The notes beneath the pieces were generated by a model that made no database searches, had not been told where the DNA came from, and saw nothing but the letters and a program-made list of their open reading frames with translations. Source: Flectonema sp. DT1601 (taxonomy: Eukaryota). Taken from it: 64,000 nt of DNA. The stretch covers positions 558,001 to 622,000 of the forward strand of contig OZ025799.1 of the NCBI GenBank assembly GCA_964019425.1, given 5' to 3'. The position numbers were made by a program, and so were the translations under genes. Positions 11,206 through 23,600 of the stretch are shown piece after piece. Within the stretch, counting starts at the first letter, position 1; each line of letters opens with the position of its first letter.

Positions 11206-11769
11206 ATGGTTAAGTTCTTTACAGAATGGGGTGTGCATAGATCATTCACACCGAATTTTCAAGGAAAAACTGATGACGATGTCCCTCGCGTCAGAGCTGA
11301 CAAATCCGGGTTGAAGAAATGGGAAGCAGCAAAATGTGTTGAAGAAGTAATTTCTGAAAATATGTTTCAAAAGATAAAGGATGAAGCAACACGGAGTAAT
11401 AAATTTGTTGTCTTCAAATACGTTAGAGACAACTGTCCTGCTTGTGGTATCATCTCCGTCGCGATGGAGAAAATGTGTAAGAAATATACGAGATTTGGAT
11501 ATATCGACTTTTATGAAATAAATGAAAAAAAAGTTCCAAAAATCGCAGCAACAACCCCAAAGACTCCTCATGTTGAAGGGTTTTGGGGAAATCATGACAA
11601 AGTCACAGAAATCAATGCAGAGCCTGCAGTGGAGTATAGACGTGCAGCTCTTGAACAGATCGAATCACTGTCTCAAGTCGAGGAAATGAAAGGAAACAAA
11701 TTAGCACCACAAGACATGCAGCGAATGATGATGAAGGCATTGGTATGATTCAAACTACACAACTCAGTT

Positions 11770-11800
<31 letters not shown>

Positions 11801-11922
11801 ATTCAACCAATCTACAAACACAGATCGAACCTGCCAGAAAACAAGCAGAGCAGTCTTTGATGGAGGCTCTTGTAGAGTTCAATAGGGAGAAGGCGACAAA
11901 CTATTTCAAGGCTCCAGTTTGA
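11206..11922 (+). CDS. Thioredoxin-like protein (CPAC motif); 2 exons (11206-11742, 11824-11922)
   Basis: FVVFKY..NCPAC thioredoxin-fold motif. ATG 11206 follows an A-rich leader; the phase-0 intron extends the frame to TGA at 11920-11922. Confidence 0.75.
11743..11823 (+). other. cis-spliced intron, 81 nt
   Basis: GTATGA...poly(A)...CTACAAACACAG; in-frame 32-aa terminal exon. Confidence 0.75.
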
Positions 11923-12134
11923 TTACCTAATGTGATTGTGATGTAAGACCCATTATGAAAACGATCAATACCTTGATATGATATCCCGACATCGATTCAA
12001 TGCTATTAGTGAGATACGTCTGGTGTTTTTTTTTCATCGGCGTAAAAACTCTCGTTGTTACTTATGTTGGAGATTCATGATACTGTCTATTTGTCTACTT
12101 CTCTTTTTTTTTAGATATCAGCAAAAAAAAAATT

Positions 12135-12554
12135 ATGTTTCGATCATTCCGTCGTATTGGAACTCAAATAAGATGTCATGGTACCGGTGATACGAGTGGT
12201 TCTCTTTCAGTGAATTGGGTAATGCCTGATGGAAAAGTTGTGAGCACTCCTTGTAAAGAAGGACATTCCTTACTAGAAGTTGCTCATAATCACGGATTAA
12301 ATATTGAAGGAGCATGTGAAGGAGTATGTGCTTGCAGTACGTGTCATGTAATTGTAAAGGGTGAATGGTTCGATAAGTTGACAGAGTCGACTGATGAAGA
12401 AGAGGATATGCTAGATCAAGCTTTTGGTTTGCAACCGACCAGCAGACTGGGATGTCAAATTAAAATGACCAAAGAACTCAACGGCATCACTGTAGACGTT
12501 CCAAAATACACCAGAAACATGTACGTTGACGGTCACGTACCACATCATCACTAG
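12135..12554 (+). CDS. FDX2: Mitochondrial [2Fe-2S] ferredoxin (adrenodoxin/Yah1/FDX2 type)
   Basis: Arg-rich presequence, EGACEGVCACSTCHV, EEEDMLD, SRLGCQI and a C-terminal RNMYVDGHVP. Confidence 0.95.
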   Translation: MFRSFRRIGTQIRCHGTGDTSGSLSVNWVMPDGKVVSTPCKEGHSLLEVAHNHGLNIEGACEGVCACSTCHVIVKGEWFDKLTESTDEEEDMLDQAFGLQPTSRLGCQIKMTKELNGITVDVPKYTRNMYVDGHVPHHH

Positions 12555-13337
12555 TCATGAGGTACGATTTCATTTCTAATTAAATTCGGCAGCAAGCTGC
12601 TGACGTAGTGCATTCTATGGAGAGCTCAAATTCAGTAGTACGGAGCCCTTGTTTTTGCTTGCCCTGCAATTTTTACTTTATTATGTTGCGTCTTTCCTTG
12701 ACGTGTTGTTAATGTTTCTTTACAAGAGAAGGGGGTTTTAGGTAATGAATGCTCCCTTGTCCTGACCTCTCTTGTGTTTAAGTTGGTTGGAAATCTGATG
12801 TGGTATGACAGAAAAAAGAGCTCCAAGAAACCGTATCATGTTTTGTTATTAGCAAAGAGGGGTTCGGATAAGTATTCTCACTCTCTTTCCGTTGTCGCTG
12901 TTGGTGTCATTCAGTTTCGTTGTTCCTATTTTTACTAGACTCGTCTTCTCTTTACAGTTCGATGATACGACGTTATGAAGAAATTAATGGTATTCCTGTT
13001 TGGGACTGTCGTCTAGTTAGTGTCCCTAACTGGATCCAATCGAAACTAGAGACGGTATTCTACGTTTCCTTTGGGGGATTATCATTCTTGTCAGTTGTTG
13101 CTGACGTTGAGGTTTTGTGTCATAGCCGCAATTAGTTCGTTTTTCGTTTTTCATGTTGTCAGTGCCTACTACTACCCAACTATATTTTACAGGGCTGCCA
13201 TCCTACCTTGAGGGTTTTAATTAGATTCGTGTGCTGCTGCTGACTGTTTGTTTTAGTTGTTCCCTTTAGTTTGTAAAATCTCAAAAAAAGAAAAAACAAT
13301 TTATCCCCCTCAAAGAGAGTTTAAAAAGAAATATATA

Positions 13338-14339
13338 ATGCAGAGCGAGGAATCACTTACAATCAATGCCGGTATAGAGAGCCGAGAGCTTCCGGACATG
13401 CAACCTATTGTGTCAGTTCCTGAAGAGCCATACGTTACAATTATATTGAACGGTTTAAATATTGTAAACTGTCCCTTAGGAGGTGAGATTGAGGAACCGA
13501 TTTCAGCAGCAAATTTAAACGGATCAAAGGGGTCGATGTATTTTCATATATTGGCTTCGACTGTTTATGAATTAAAGGATAGGTACAGAGTTGAGTTTGA
13601 ATTTGAAGGTCATGAGAGAAGAAAATTTCAATTGCCGTTTGGGAATTTAACTGAAGAAGAGCAAGAAATCGATGGAGCTACGTGTGTCCCCTTCACTCCG
13701 ATATCTGTTCATATACAATGCAGGCTACTCGATCCATCAGAGTATACCTATTCTGTCGAAGAGTCTAGATTCACAGCAGATGTTGTATCTCTACTCAGGT
13801 CATCAGGTCTTAATTCCTATGGGGGATCCCTCGCATCGGCTCTACTTCAAAATTATGCAAAACACTTATACCACTACAAGGATGTTGTTATTGATAAATA
13901 TGAAGGTTCATGGCATCAATATCTGAATAGTAATCCGAGTGTGTTTAACGTCTTTCAGAAGAAGGAGGAAGAGATTGCTCAACACAATCTGAGTCCTTAT
14001 ATTAAACCTCATGAAGTTAGAGTTGTGTTAGTGGAACAGAAAGATTCGATGGCCATTGATCAAAGAATAGCAGAGAGTTGGAAATATCATGAAAAATCAC
14101 TTATCGACAATCTCACCAGAACGTTCAGTAACTTACCCGAAGGAATGGATCAGCGAGAGGTCATGGATTGTCTTGAGAACAGCGAGCATTTTCTTCACTT
14201 TATTTCTCCATCATTTTCAACATTATACAGATTCTTAGTTCTTCATCGTGACATCTTTTCCTGGACAAAACACGACTTTCTACCACTCTGTGTTGGACTT
14301 GCTGATGGTGAAAGAAAAGGTGAACCACTCGACCAGTAA
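13338..14339 (+). CDS. Hypothetical protein, possibly with two winged-helix/LOTUS-like repeats
   Basis: Open frame from ATG 13338 (the listed TTG start is unlikely). Segments KYEGSWHQYLNSNPSVF and SFSTLYRFLVLHRDIF resemble each other. Fold call is tentative. Confidence 0.65.
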   Translation: MQSEESLTINAGIESRELPDMQPIVSVPEEPYVTIILNGLNIVNCPLGGEIEEPISAANLNGSKGSMYFHILASTVYELKDRYRVEFEFEGHERRKFQLPFGNLTEEEQEIDGATCVPFTPISVHIQCRLLDPSEYTYSVEESRFTADVVSLLRSSGLNSYGGSLASALLQNYAKHLYHYKDVVIDKYEGSWHQYLNSNPSVFNVFQKKEEEIAQHNLSPYIKPHEVRVVLVEQKDSMAIDQRIAESWKYHEKSLIDNLTRTFSNLPEGMDQREVMDCLENSEHFLHFISPSFSTLYRFLVLHRDIFSWTKHDFLPLCVGLADGERKGEPLDQ

Positions 14340-16300
14340 TATTCATCTAATCATGTTTTACACTAAATATAACAAGGTGAAGTGAATAACAAGATTCCTT
14401 CTCTAACCTTTTTGTTTGATTAACAAGTACGAATATTTTTTTTTTTTTTTTTTTTTTTCAGTCAAGTACTTGATATTATTAATATCCCTCAAAGTTTCAC
14501 CACAAACGCCGTCGTGCTTCTGATGAAGTCATGGTTTCACCGATTTAACTAACTAATCAGGAAAAAAAAAAAAAACAGTTCTCATACTCGTAGATATTCG
14601 CAGTATGAGTTGAAGTCGCTCTCCTGTTCATTTTTCTTATTTTTTATTTTGTACAATTCTTTCATTAGTTAATTCTTCATTGATCCTTCTCGATTGTGTT
14701 GTAATGAGAATCGTTACACAAACCTTTGTGTTATCGGGGACGGTATTAAACAGATCAGCGTTTTGATCTGGTTTGGAATATTTATTATTTCTTTTTTTTT
14801 TTGAGGGTAGAAAACGCTAAGAACGGTTGCTCTCGTAACTCAATTAGGTATTCAGTATATAATTGTGATGGTTGTGGTCCTTTTTAAAAAAAAAAAAAAA
14901 AAAAAAGAAAACAACAACAACAACAGCAAGTTCTGATAAAAAAAAAAAAACGAGACTTTGTTGTATGACTATATCAGTTTCCGTTTTTTTATTCTTTTTT
15001 TTTTCTTTCTGGAAATGCACTTTTCTTTTTTTTGGGGGGGGTTTACCAGCAACGTTATATTAAATAACTATCTTGCCTTTCATTACCAGTTGTCAAAACC
15101 CTTCTCATCAAAGTGATTGAGTTATTTGATTACTTTCGGTGCATCGACGACAAATTTCGGTTCTTCTGTGGTACGTCATATTGCTCGATTTAAGCCGACG
15201 ATCCTTTTGTTGGAGGAAAAAAAAAAAAAAAAAACAAAGAGAGAGCATGGTTTTTTTCTCGTGTGTTCTCTGATAAAGGGTCGCTTACTTACCATTGACA
15301 ACTATTTTTTTTCGTGTTGTCGAAAAAAAAAAAAAAAAAAAAAAAAAACGAATGAATGCGAATCAAAACTGGATGAGTGAAGGCGATTATTTTCTTTCTG
15401 GTTAGTTAGTTTAGTTAGTAAAATACAACTGATGACTACGAGGGGTCTGGGTAGCCCGCATTAGTAAGTACCCAATCGTTAGCGTTAATTACGTCCTCAA
15501 CGAGCCAGTAAAGTAGTGTTTTATCTTAAGAATTTCTGAGGTTCTTCAGGGACGAAAAAAAATCATGAGCTAACTGACACCGTGACTTGATGTTAGCCGT
15601 GCATTTCTCCTAGCTGTAGTGGTTGTACATAACAAGATAAAGCGCAAATACCTTTCCTCCCCGAAATTGTTGTTCCTTTGAGCTTAGGAATGCAGTGTCA
15701 AGTTACCCCCCGTACTACGCTGCCGCTGACAGTCAAGATTGTCTGAGGGATTGTTGGTTCCCTTTTCTTTCTTTTTCTCTCTCCGAAGGAGGAGTCAATA
15801 CGGCTGTCTTAAAATCTGAGAGATCACTTTATTTTTTTTGGCAAGGCTAGAAAGAAAAGAAGAATCACAGGGAAAAAAAAAAAAAAAAAAAAACGCTGCT
15901 AATGTTATAACACGGATATAACATCACTTTTTACCACCTTTATAAAATTTCGCATTCCATTGTTGCATATGCTGTATCGATGCGAGGGGAACAAAAAAAA
16001 AAAACACCAAAAAAAAAAAAAATGAACAATAGTAGTTATGGTACACTTTCAGAGCCAACCTCATTTGAGAGAAGGTTAGACAAAATACCTCCTCGAGAAA
16101 AAAAAATAAATGGCGTGTTGCGTGATGAAGGAAATTAACATATTACTACCCACTGCAACCTAAACAGACGTTGATATATACATGAGATAATCAATATATT
16201 TGAGGTTTCCCACTATTATTATTTTATAAAAATCAAATCAACAGTTTCACTCCCTCTCAGCGCTCCACCTAATTCTATTAAATGAAAGAATGATGCTGGA

Positions 16301-17793
16301 ATGCCTTCCGAAGGATGCGAGCAAGAGGCGGCTGTTACCAACAACTGCCAGTATTTAGTTAAGAAAGGCATGCGAAATGCGGCAAAACTGCACATGTTTA
16401 AGCAAGAGGTTCTACATCGTAGCCTGACCTTAAGAGAGCGAATCCATGCGGTGTTTGATGCTGATGGGTTTGATGAAGAGAGGTATTCATCGAAACACAA
16501 AAAAATAACGACGGGAATATTCTTGTTAACGTTCGTCATGATTATCTTGTCTTGTGTTACTTTTACAGTTGAGAGCATGACTGCTTTCCACGACAGGGGA
16601 CTACCAGTTTTTTACATAATTGAAGCCGTCTGCATTGGATGGTTCACAATCGAGTTAGTCATCAGAATGGTGACTTGCAGTTCACTACGAAAGTTTATAA
16701 AGGATCCTTTAAATTGGATTGATGTGATTAGCATTATACCATTCTATATCGATCTCTTATCAAAAATTAGCAGTGGATCAAATGCTAAAGCTGACGGACT
16801 CATCGTTCTTCGAACCATAAGGTTGACTAGAGTGTTTCGTGTATTCAAATTATCAAAATACTCTGAAGGTGTTCAAATTGTTTTTATCGCAATAAAAAGA
16901 TCAACTGATGCTTTATCGTTGTTGGTGTTTTTGATGTCAATAGCAATGGTTTTATTCGGATCGGGGATATACTTCGCGGAACTAGGAGCTGCTAATTGGT
17001 CAGAAGCCAACAGAACTTGGTATCGTCTCGATGAGTATGGCGGCGGTGAGCACAATATTCAGTCTATTCCACACGGATTCTGGTGGTGTCTCGGTATGTA
17101 TTTTTTCCCCTTCTCTTTTTTTGCAAAAAAAAAAAAAATCAAAAAAAAAAAAAAAAAAAAACAGTCACGGTTACTACCGTAGGATACGGAGACATGGTCC
17201 CTGTTACCTTCCTTGGAAGACTGGTTGGTATTATCACAATGCTTACTGGATTGCTGTATGTTTGTTTACTTGTTTGGGGGAAAAAAAAAAATTAGACGCA
17301 CAAACATATGTAATGACATAATAAACACAGTATCGTTGCGTTCCCAATTATTATTTTGGGTGCGAATTTTCAAGAAGTTCAAGAAGAACAAAAAAAAGCT
17401 AAGAGCGAAAAACGAAAACAAGAGCACGCCATGGAAATGATTCTTCTGGGTAAGGAAAAAGTTTCAGAAGTATTAATTCAAGCAAATGAAGAGATTCAGC
17501 GTTCAACAACTGATGCACCGGCTGATGAGGTCCAGATTGAGGGTCCTGCCGTCCCTGCTACAAGTCCAACAACATCGTTAGTGAACAGTAAGTTATTCAG
17601 CATTAGACCCCCTGCTGCTTGTAATAATCCAACTCTATCTGATGTTATGTTAGCAATTCAAACAACAGCAAACAGACAGGAAGAAATCCTCGATAAGATA
17701 CTAAAGGCGCAGAGTGACTTGCAGTTACAGATATCGAAGGTTGAAAGCCTCCCTGTTGACAGAAATGGCATCGCTTGGAATCCTTCTTCTTGA
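16301..17793 (+). CDS. Voltage-gated K+ channel (6TM, Shaker/Kv-like); 3 exons (16301-17093, 17165-17255, 17331-17793)
   Basis: S4 LRTIRLTRVFRVFKLSKY. Splicing restores the pore FWWCLVTVTTVGYGDMVP and S6 GLLIVAFPIIILGANF; C-terminal coiled coil. The true start codon is uncertain. Confidence 0.93.
17094..17164 (+). other. cis-spliced intron, 71 nt
   Basis: GTATGT, U-rich half, A-rich half, ACAG; removal rebuilds the K+ channel pore helix and filter. Confidence 0.95.
17256..17330 (+). other. cis-spliced intron, 75 nt
   Basis: GTATGT...ATAAACACAG; removal rebuilds S6. Confidence 0.93.
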
Positions 17794-18696
17794 ATGTTTT
17801 TTAAAAAAAAAAAAAAAATTAAAATAACACAAGCTAAGTTGCTGGATCCCTTTCTTTTCTTTGCATTATTTCATTCCCCGTTTCCAATTTTTTTTTTTGC
17901 TAAGCTAGGAATACTTTTTTTTTTTTTACTCAAGGGTTATATTACTGAAAACAAAAAAAAATAAAAAAGAATAATAACAAATTCATGGTAGTTCTTTGTT
18001 TCTTTCAAAGTCTCTCTCTCCGGTTTATCTACTTCAGTAAAAAATTGAGAACAAGTATTGAATTGGTTTGTTTTCTTTCCCTTTCTCCTCTTTTCTACAT
18101 TGTAGAAAAGAGGGATGAAACGAAAAAAAAAAAAAAAAAAAAAAGGAATTCACTGGTTTTTACTTGTCCTGCAATCAAAGTAGTCGCCCATGGCTTAGTC
18201 GTTTCCACGACAGTCCACAACAAAAAGAAGAAAAAAAAAAAGAATTTAAAAAGAAAAAAGAAAAAGAGAAGTGTTTTATTTATTAAGCACACATCTGTAT
18301 CAGGATAGTCGAAAAATGAAAAAAAAAAAAAAAAAAAGAAAGAAAAAAAAAAAAAAATTATCGAAACTGTTACACCAGAAAAAAATGCTGCCAAGAAAAA
18401 AAGAACAAAAAGAAATAATTTGCCTTCAATTACACTCACGGGTACTGTGACCACCTGGTTTCCACTTGGTTGGTAGGTTGCCTCATGCAGTAAGCTGTCC
18501 TTTTATTTTTTACGGTTTCTAGCTTGGGGTTGATTTTTTTTTTTTTAAAAGCTCATCTATACACACAATGGTTGTATCTTTTTTATTTTTCTCATCTCAG
18601 GATGACTATGTGATCTCTTTTGTCTGATTATTGACGTCGTCAATACAAAAAGAAATTAAATATCTACCAGGAAGTTGAACACAACAACATGCCAAC

Positions 18697-19739
18697 ATGA
18701 GTATTCGCAACGTTCCTGGTTATGAAGTTGGAGGTAGAATAGGAGAGGGTTCCTCCGGTCGAATCTACCGCGGTCGAGACCTAAAAAGCGGAGAAGAAGT
18801 AGCCATTAAAGTGGTTGATGAAATGGATAAAACGTTAATGGCTGAGGCGAGTTTTTATAGGAAGTTGGGAGGACTGAAAGGAATTCCAAAACTGAGATGG
18901 TGGGGAATGCCGAGAAGGGGTGTCTGGGCACTCGTTGTCGATAAACTCTCATTATCACTTACTCAAATAAATAATTCATACGATGGTAACCTACCCAGAC
19001 ATGGCATCGTATTAATTGGTATTCAAATGATAGAAAGAATCCAAGACCTTCACACCAGAGGAATACTTCACAGAGATGTTAAACCTGACAATTTCATGGT
19101 TGGATTTGGTGATTCCCGAAACGATGTTTTTCTCATTGATTTCGGTCTTTCTCGATCGTTCATAGATGACAGCCACAATCACTATCCTCAACAACAGGGA
19201 CTTATGTTTTCAGGAACTCCTGATTTTGCATCATTAAATGTTCATATGGGTTGTACCCCTAGTAGACGAGACGACTTAGAATCACTCTGCTACGTCTTGG
19301 TATACTTTTTTAGAGGAAGTCTTCCTTGGCAAGGTCTTGGTGGAAACACCAATGAACAGATTGTAGAACGAGTTTCTGAAAAAAAAAATTCTACGTCAAT
19401 AAATGAACTTTGTGAAGGCATCCCTACCCAAATAAAATCAATGCTGCAATATGTTCGCAACTTAAAATACGATGAGTCACCTAATTATGATGTATGTTAT
19501 AGTTTTTTTTTATTTGTATTTCTGTAATGGGGTAGTTCGACAAACCGTTCAGCTTAGCCTAATGGCTGTAAGAAATAACGGTTTTCAATCTGAATGGTTT
19601 CTTCTCCGACTACGTCGGTTTACAAAAAAAAAAAAAAAAAAAAAAAAAACAGAAACTTCGTGAATTCTTAATAATGATAATCCCTGGCTTTAATGTTAAC
19701 CAGCCATTGTCTCAGGTGCTTCGGAGATCGAAATTGTAG
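18697..19739 (+). CDS. CK1: Casein kinase 1 family Ser/Thr kinase; 2 exons (18697-19491, 19653-19739)
   Basis: GEGSSG, VAIK, LHRDVKPDNF, IDFGLS, GTPDFASLNVH, SRRDDLESL, LPWQGL; spliced C-terminus PNYD|KLREFL matches the CK1 pattern. Confidence 0.95.
19492..19652 (+). other. cis-spliced intron, 161 nt, with internal secondary structure
   Basis: GTATGT...long poly(A)-CAG; phase 0; contains inverted repeats at 19532-19618. Confidence 0.85.
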
Positions 19740-19787
19740 TCAGATCCCCACAATAGATTTGCACCACAATTCGGAATAATGGCTCTC

Positions 19788-19839
19788 TGCTGAGTGATAT
19801 GCTTAAGTTCAGCACGTAGATCTTCAACTGCTGAGGTCG
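19788..19839 (-). rRNA. Orphan fragment of the LSU (28S) rRNA 5' end, copy 1
   Basis: Minus strand reads CGACCTCAG...CGTGCTGAACTTAAGCATATCACTCAGCA, matching the conserved 28S start GACCTCA...CCCGCTGAACTTAAGCATATC. Confidence 0.85.
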
Positions 19840-19869
19840 GTAAGAAGTAAATCGCAACCACATTGGCCT

Positions 19870-19955
19870 GCCGTTACTGGGAGAATCGCTGTTGCTTTCT
19901 TTTCCTGTGCTGAGTGATATGCTTAAGTTCAGCACGTAGATCTTCAACTGCTGAG
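19870..19955 (-). rRNA. Orphan fragment of the LSU (28S) rRNA 5' end, copy 2
   Basis: Minus strand reads GTGCTGAACTTAAGCATATCACTCAGCACAGGAAAAGAAAGCAACAGCGATTCTCCCAGTAACGGC, colinear with conserved 28S sequence. 48 nt are identical to copy 1. Confidence 0.9.
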
Positions 19956-20640
19956 AACCACATTCGTGTGGTTTATTTGTTACATAACTGTGGCTATCGA
20001 ATCCACAAGATGCAAGAACAGTGTATAGTTTGATCATTACATCATTCCTAATTATCTGGAGGTGCTCTGATAACCGAATCTGTTTTTTTTATTTTTTTTA
20101 TGTGTTTTATTCAAACTTTGAATATATCCAAGCAGCGAAACGAGTCTCTATCTTATTGTTATGCTTTTTTTATCATAATGTAATATAAATAGCAGTGAAC
20201 TACTGACGACCGTTTTTTTCTCTTTCTTTCTTTTTTTTTTGTAACTGCAGGAAACAAAATTGTGTTTTTTTTAATTTTTTTTAAATTTTTTTTTTGTTTT
20301 TGTGTGTACAAGGCGAGTGCCATTGGAAATTTTCAGAAGCAGGGTGTTAGTTCGGTAAAAAAAATTAAATAAAACGAGTTTCCTTTAGGGCTTTAGCTTT
20401 GCCAAAGTCTGACTATTGCTAATTATTTTTTTAATTTTATTTTCTTATGTTTTATTGTAATTGAGGGCGAGTGCCATTAAAAAGAAAAAAATATATATAA
20501 CTGAACCTTTTTTTTCGTAGATACCTACCGAATAATAATAATTACTTCAAAGAGAGTAAGAAAACTGTCATTCAAAACACCTTAATTATTAAAATGTTGT
20601 TAACTATATTTCCTATTCATCAACAGGTGGAGTAGAAACA

Positions 20641-23600
20641 ATGAGTAATCCACTCATCCCAATCCAAGATTTGGGACCACCTTCTGGCAATAAGGGACTG
20701 TCAAATATCCTGAGCGCATTAAAATCAATCGATCGTGAGAAACTTTCAACCGATAAAATACGAGGAATGACAGAGAGAGAGGTGAGAGATCCTAGACTAC
20801 AAGCGGCTTTTACAGATCCAAAAGTAGTAAATTGCATTGAAGGCAACGAAACTGGACCACTTCTCCGCGAATGGAGAACAGCACACGCTGGGATGTATAA
20901 CGCTCTATTTTGTGATATGGGAACACAAACTGACCTCCTCGACGTCGTATCTCACTGGGCTGAGACACTCCGAGAAGCCGAAAGCATTGCCAACAATCCC
21001 TCTGTAGAACGACATGCAAGTACCACTTTATGTCCTCGTTGTAGAGGAGAAGACATTGAAGAACCAGAAGATCAAATTACCATCGGAGAGATAGAAGAAA
21101 GATATAAAAAAACAAGATGCATCAACGGTGTTCAAGATCGTATAGCTTGTATGTTAGAGACGGTAAAGAGTAAAGAAAAACAAGTTTCTATATTAAAATT
21201 TATGGTAAGTCGAACCGAAGCATTCCTAAACTCAGTTTTAAGACGTGAAGACGTAACTGTTAAGAAACTCCGACATCGTATTGACAGGTTGAATAATCGA
21301 GTTCAGGATTTGGGTGGACTTCAAGATCTTGGTGATGAAGGCGATCCTTCAATGAAACCAATAACGATAAGGGTCGGAGAATATGAGAGATTTGTTCAAG
21401 AAAATAGAATGTTCAAGGAACAAGTCACACTCGGAAATTTAGAAAATCAAAATAACATGAAACGACTTGATAAGCTCACTCACACTTTACTTACTGGACA
21501 AAATGCATATATTGGATTTTTAAAACAAAAGAACACGGCATTGAAGTTATTTTCAGGTTCATTCAGAGAGGTTATCAATTTACTGGATAAGTGTACATTG
21601 TTTCCGGCGGCGCCGGAATTCAAAGACGCGTTTAAGAAATTGGGGAACTTCTTAATGAACATCGGAGACACGTTGGAATTACGCCTCGACCTAACAATAC
21701 CCGAGACAGTAGAAGATTATTCATTTGGGTCAACAACTCCAGAAAGTTCATTGTTTGAATATCACAGATCTCACGCAGCTGCTACAAGTGAGTGTCAGGA
21801 AGTTGGCTTACAGTTAACTGCAGCTTCTGAGAAACCATCAATGTATGGTCCTGACGGGTTGCTTCCTATAATTAGATTCTTTACAAGAAGATCGTTAGAG
21901 TCTGTTGAGTTTTTACTTTATAAGTTTGGCTACTCTGAAGAGAAGTTAAAAATAAAAAATGATACGAATCCTGAAAATGAAATCCTTGAAGAAGACGACC
22001 TCAAATCTGAAGAGACGGCTGTTTCAGAAAATGCGACTCCAACTGAAGCTGTTCCGGAGCTGCCTTTTAATTTATTTCTAACACTTCGGGGACTGTGTGA
22101 TTCAAAGTCTGTTGATCAAGACACTCAACCACTTGACGTATCACAAATAGTTGGAGAGATTTCAGATGATAAACAGAAGAAGCGAAAGAAGAAGAAGAAA
22201 AAAAAAAAAAAGAAGAAAAAGAGACTCAGCATCCATGACAACGATCAGCAAACCGACCACAGCGATTACAGCCAAGCCGCAGAAGAGGAAGGTGAAGAAG
22301 AAGAACAAGGTGAACATGAGAGTGGTGGAAGTAACTCTGATGAACAACCACTGTTGGCTATCGAGCCTGCAACTCCTTCAGAAGATGAAGAAGGAATTCC
22401 AGAAACACGTCCACCACCTGATGATCGGTTTAATTACTTAGTCTCTGAGACTGATCCTCATGCTGTTAACCTTTCAACAATTGTAAGGAATTGTTGTAAT
22501 TTAGAAACTGTTACTAATTCTAACACAACTGATTCATCTACTGAAAGTGATTTATCATTCATAGCGGACTTCATAACAAAGTTCAGCGTACTACAGCATT
22601 GGATAAGAATATACGTACTTGATCAACCAGAAATACCTGAACCCACACCCAAAGTTATCGAGGTACCAGTTCTCGAAGAAGTATCTCCTTTATTACCAGA
22701 ACCGCAACGACGAATACCAACACCGGAAGTTCGAATAATCACAAAGTACGCTACAAAAATTGTTGATCGAAACGACTCTGAAACTCAAACAGAATCAAAC
22801 CCAATGGTTAGTATAAAAGTAGGACCTCCCGACAGACCATCAAACTTCACAGAACTGAGTGAAGTAGAATTATCAATAATAAAATTTGAAGATGAGAAGC
22901 TAGACGCTGTCAACAGGGAAGACTATGACACTGCTAAACATCGAAAATGGTTAATTAGCGAAGCAAAACAAACTGATACGTCACTACTACCTCAAGATTC
23001 TAGTGAAGACGACGCTAAAAGACATGAAAGTCTTATTAAACTGCTACTACCAGTTTATCAATTGTATGGTCGAAGTGCTGCGATTCAATCAGCTTTGGAT
23101 GCAGTTACTGAGTTAGATCTTAGCGCAGTCTCTGGATGGCTTGAAGAACCTGATGATTCGGTTCTACCATCTGAAGAGAACAGTTCAGCAGGTTGTGCTG
23201 ATGCGAAACTATCAAGATTACGATCACTGTGTCTCTGGTTGAGAGTTCGGTGTTTTACCGTATCAAAGACATTGAATAGAATGATCATCCCAACGAAAGT
23301 TGATCAAGCAAACCCAATACTGTGGTGGGTAACAGCAGGTCTTGTTACCCTTACATTACTTCGATTATATAAACTTCAACAGCACAGGCGACAGATTGCC
23401 CAGAGAGTATTAAGTGTAAAATTAGCACAGCATCGAAGAATAATATACGAAGCACACCAAATGATTGATAATGCCATGGCAACATCATTATCAACGGGAA
23501 ATCACCGACAGTATCGAAGGTGGAAATTGCAAGCTGAAGCTGGAAAGTATCTCGAGCAGAGTGCTGATGCTATGGATGACTATCTTAAACTTCTTTTGGA

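Noticed and set aside
16040..16060. Histone 3' stem-loop (TTTCAGAGCCA)
   Set aside because: The 5' arm (GTACAC) cannot pair with AGAGCC, and no histone gene is nearby.
16022..16300. Extra 5' coding exon for the K+ channel from ATG 16022
   Set aside because: The obvious splice (16075-16244) leads to a stop, and the channel frame has an in-frame TGA at 16283; at most a uORF.
19788..19955. Box C/D snoRNA pair (GTGATAT...CTGA) guiding 28S methylation
   Set aside because: Complementarity to rRNA runs through and beyond the apparent boxes for 50-85 nt, so the boxes are just rRNA complement.
20312..20478. GGCGAGTGCCATT duplicated 154 nt apart; considered as a CRISPR-like or regulatory repeat
   Set aside because: Only two 13-nt copies in low-complexity eukaryotic spacer; no array and no cas genes.
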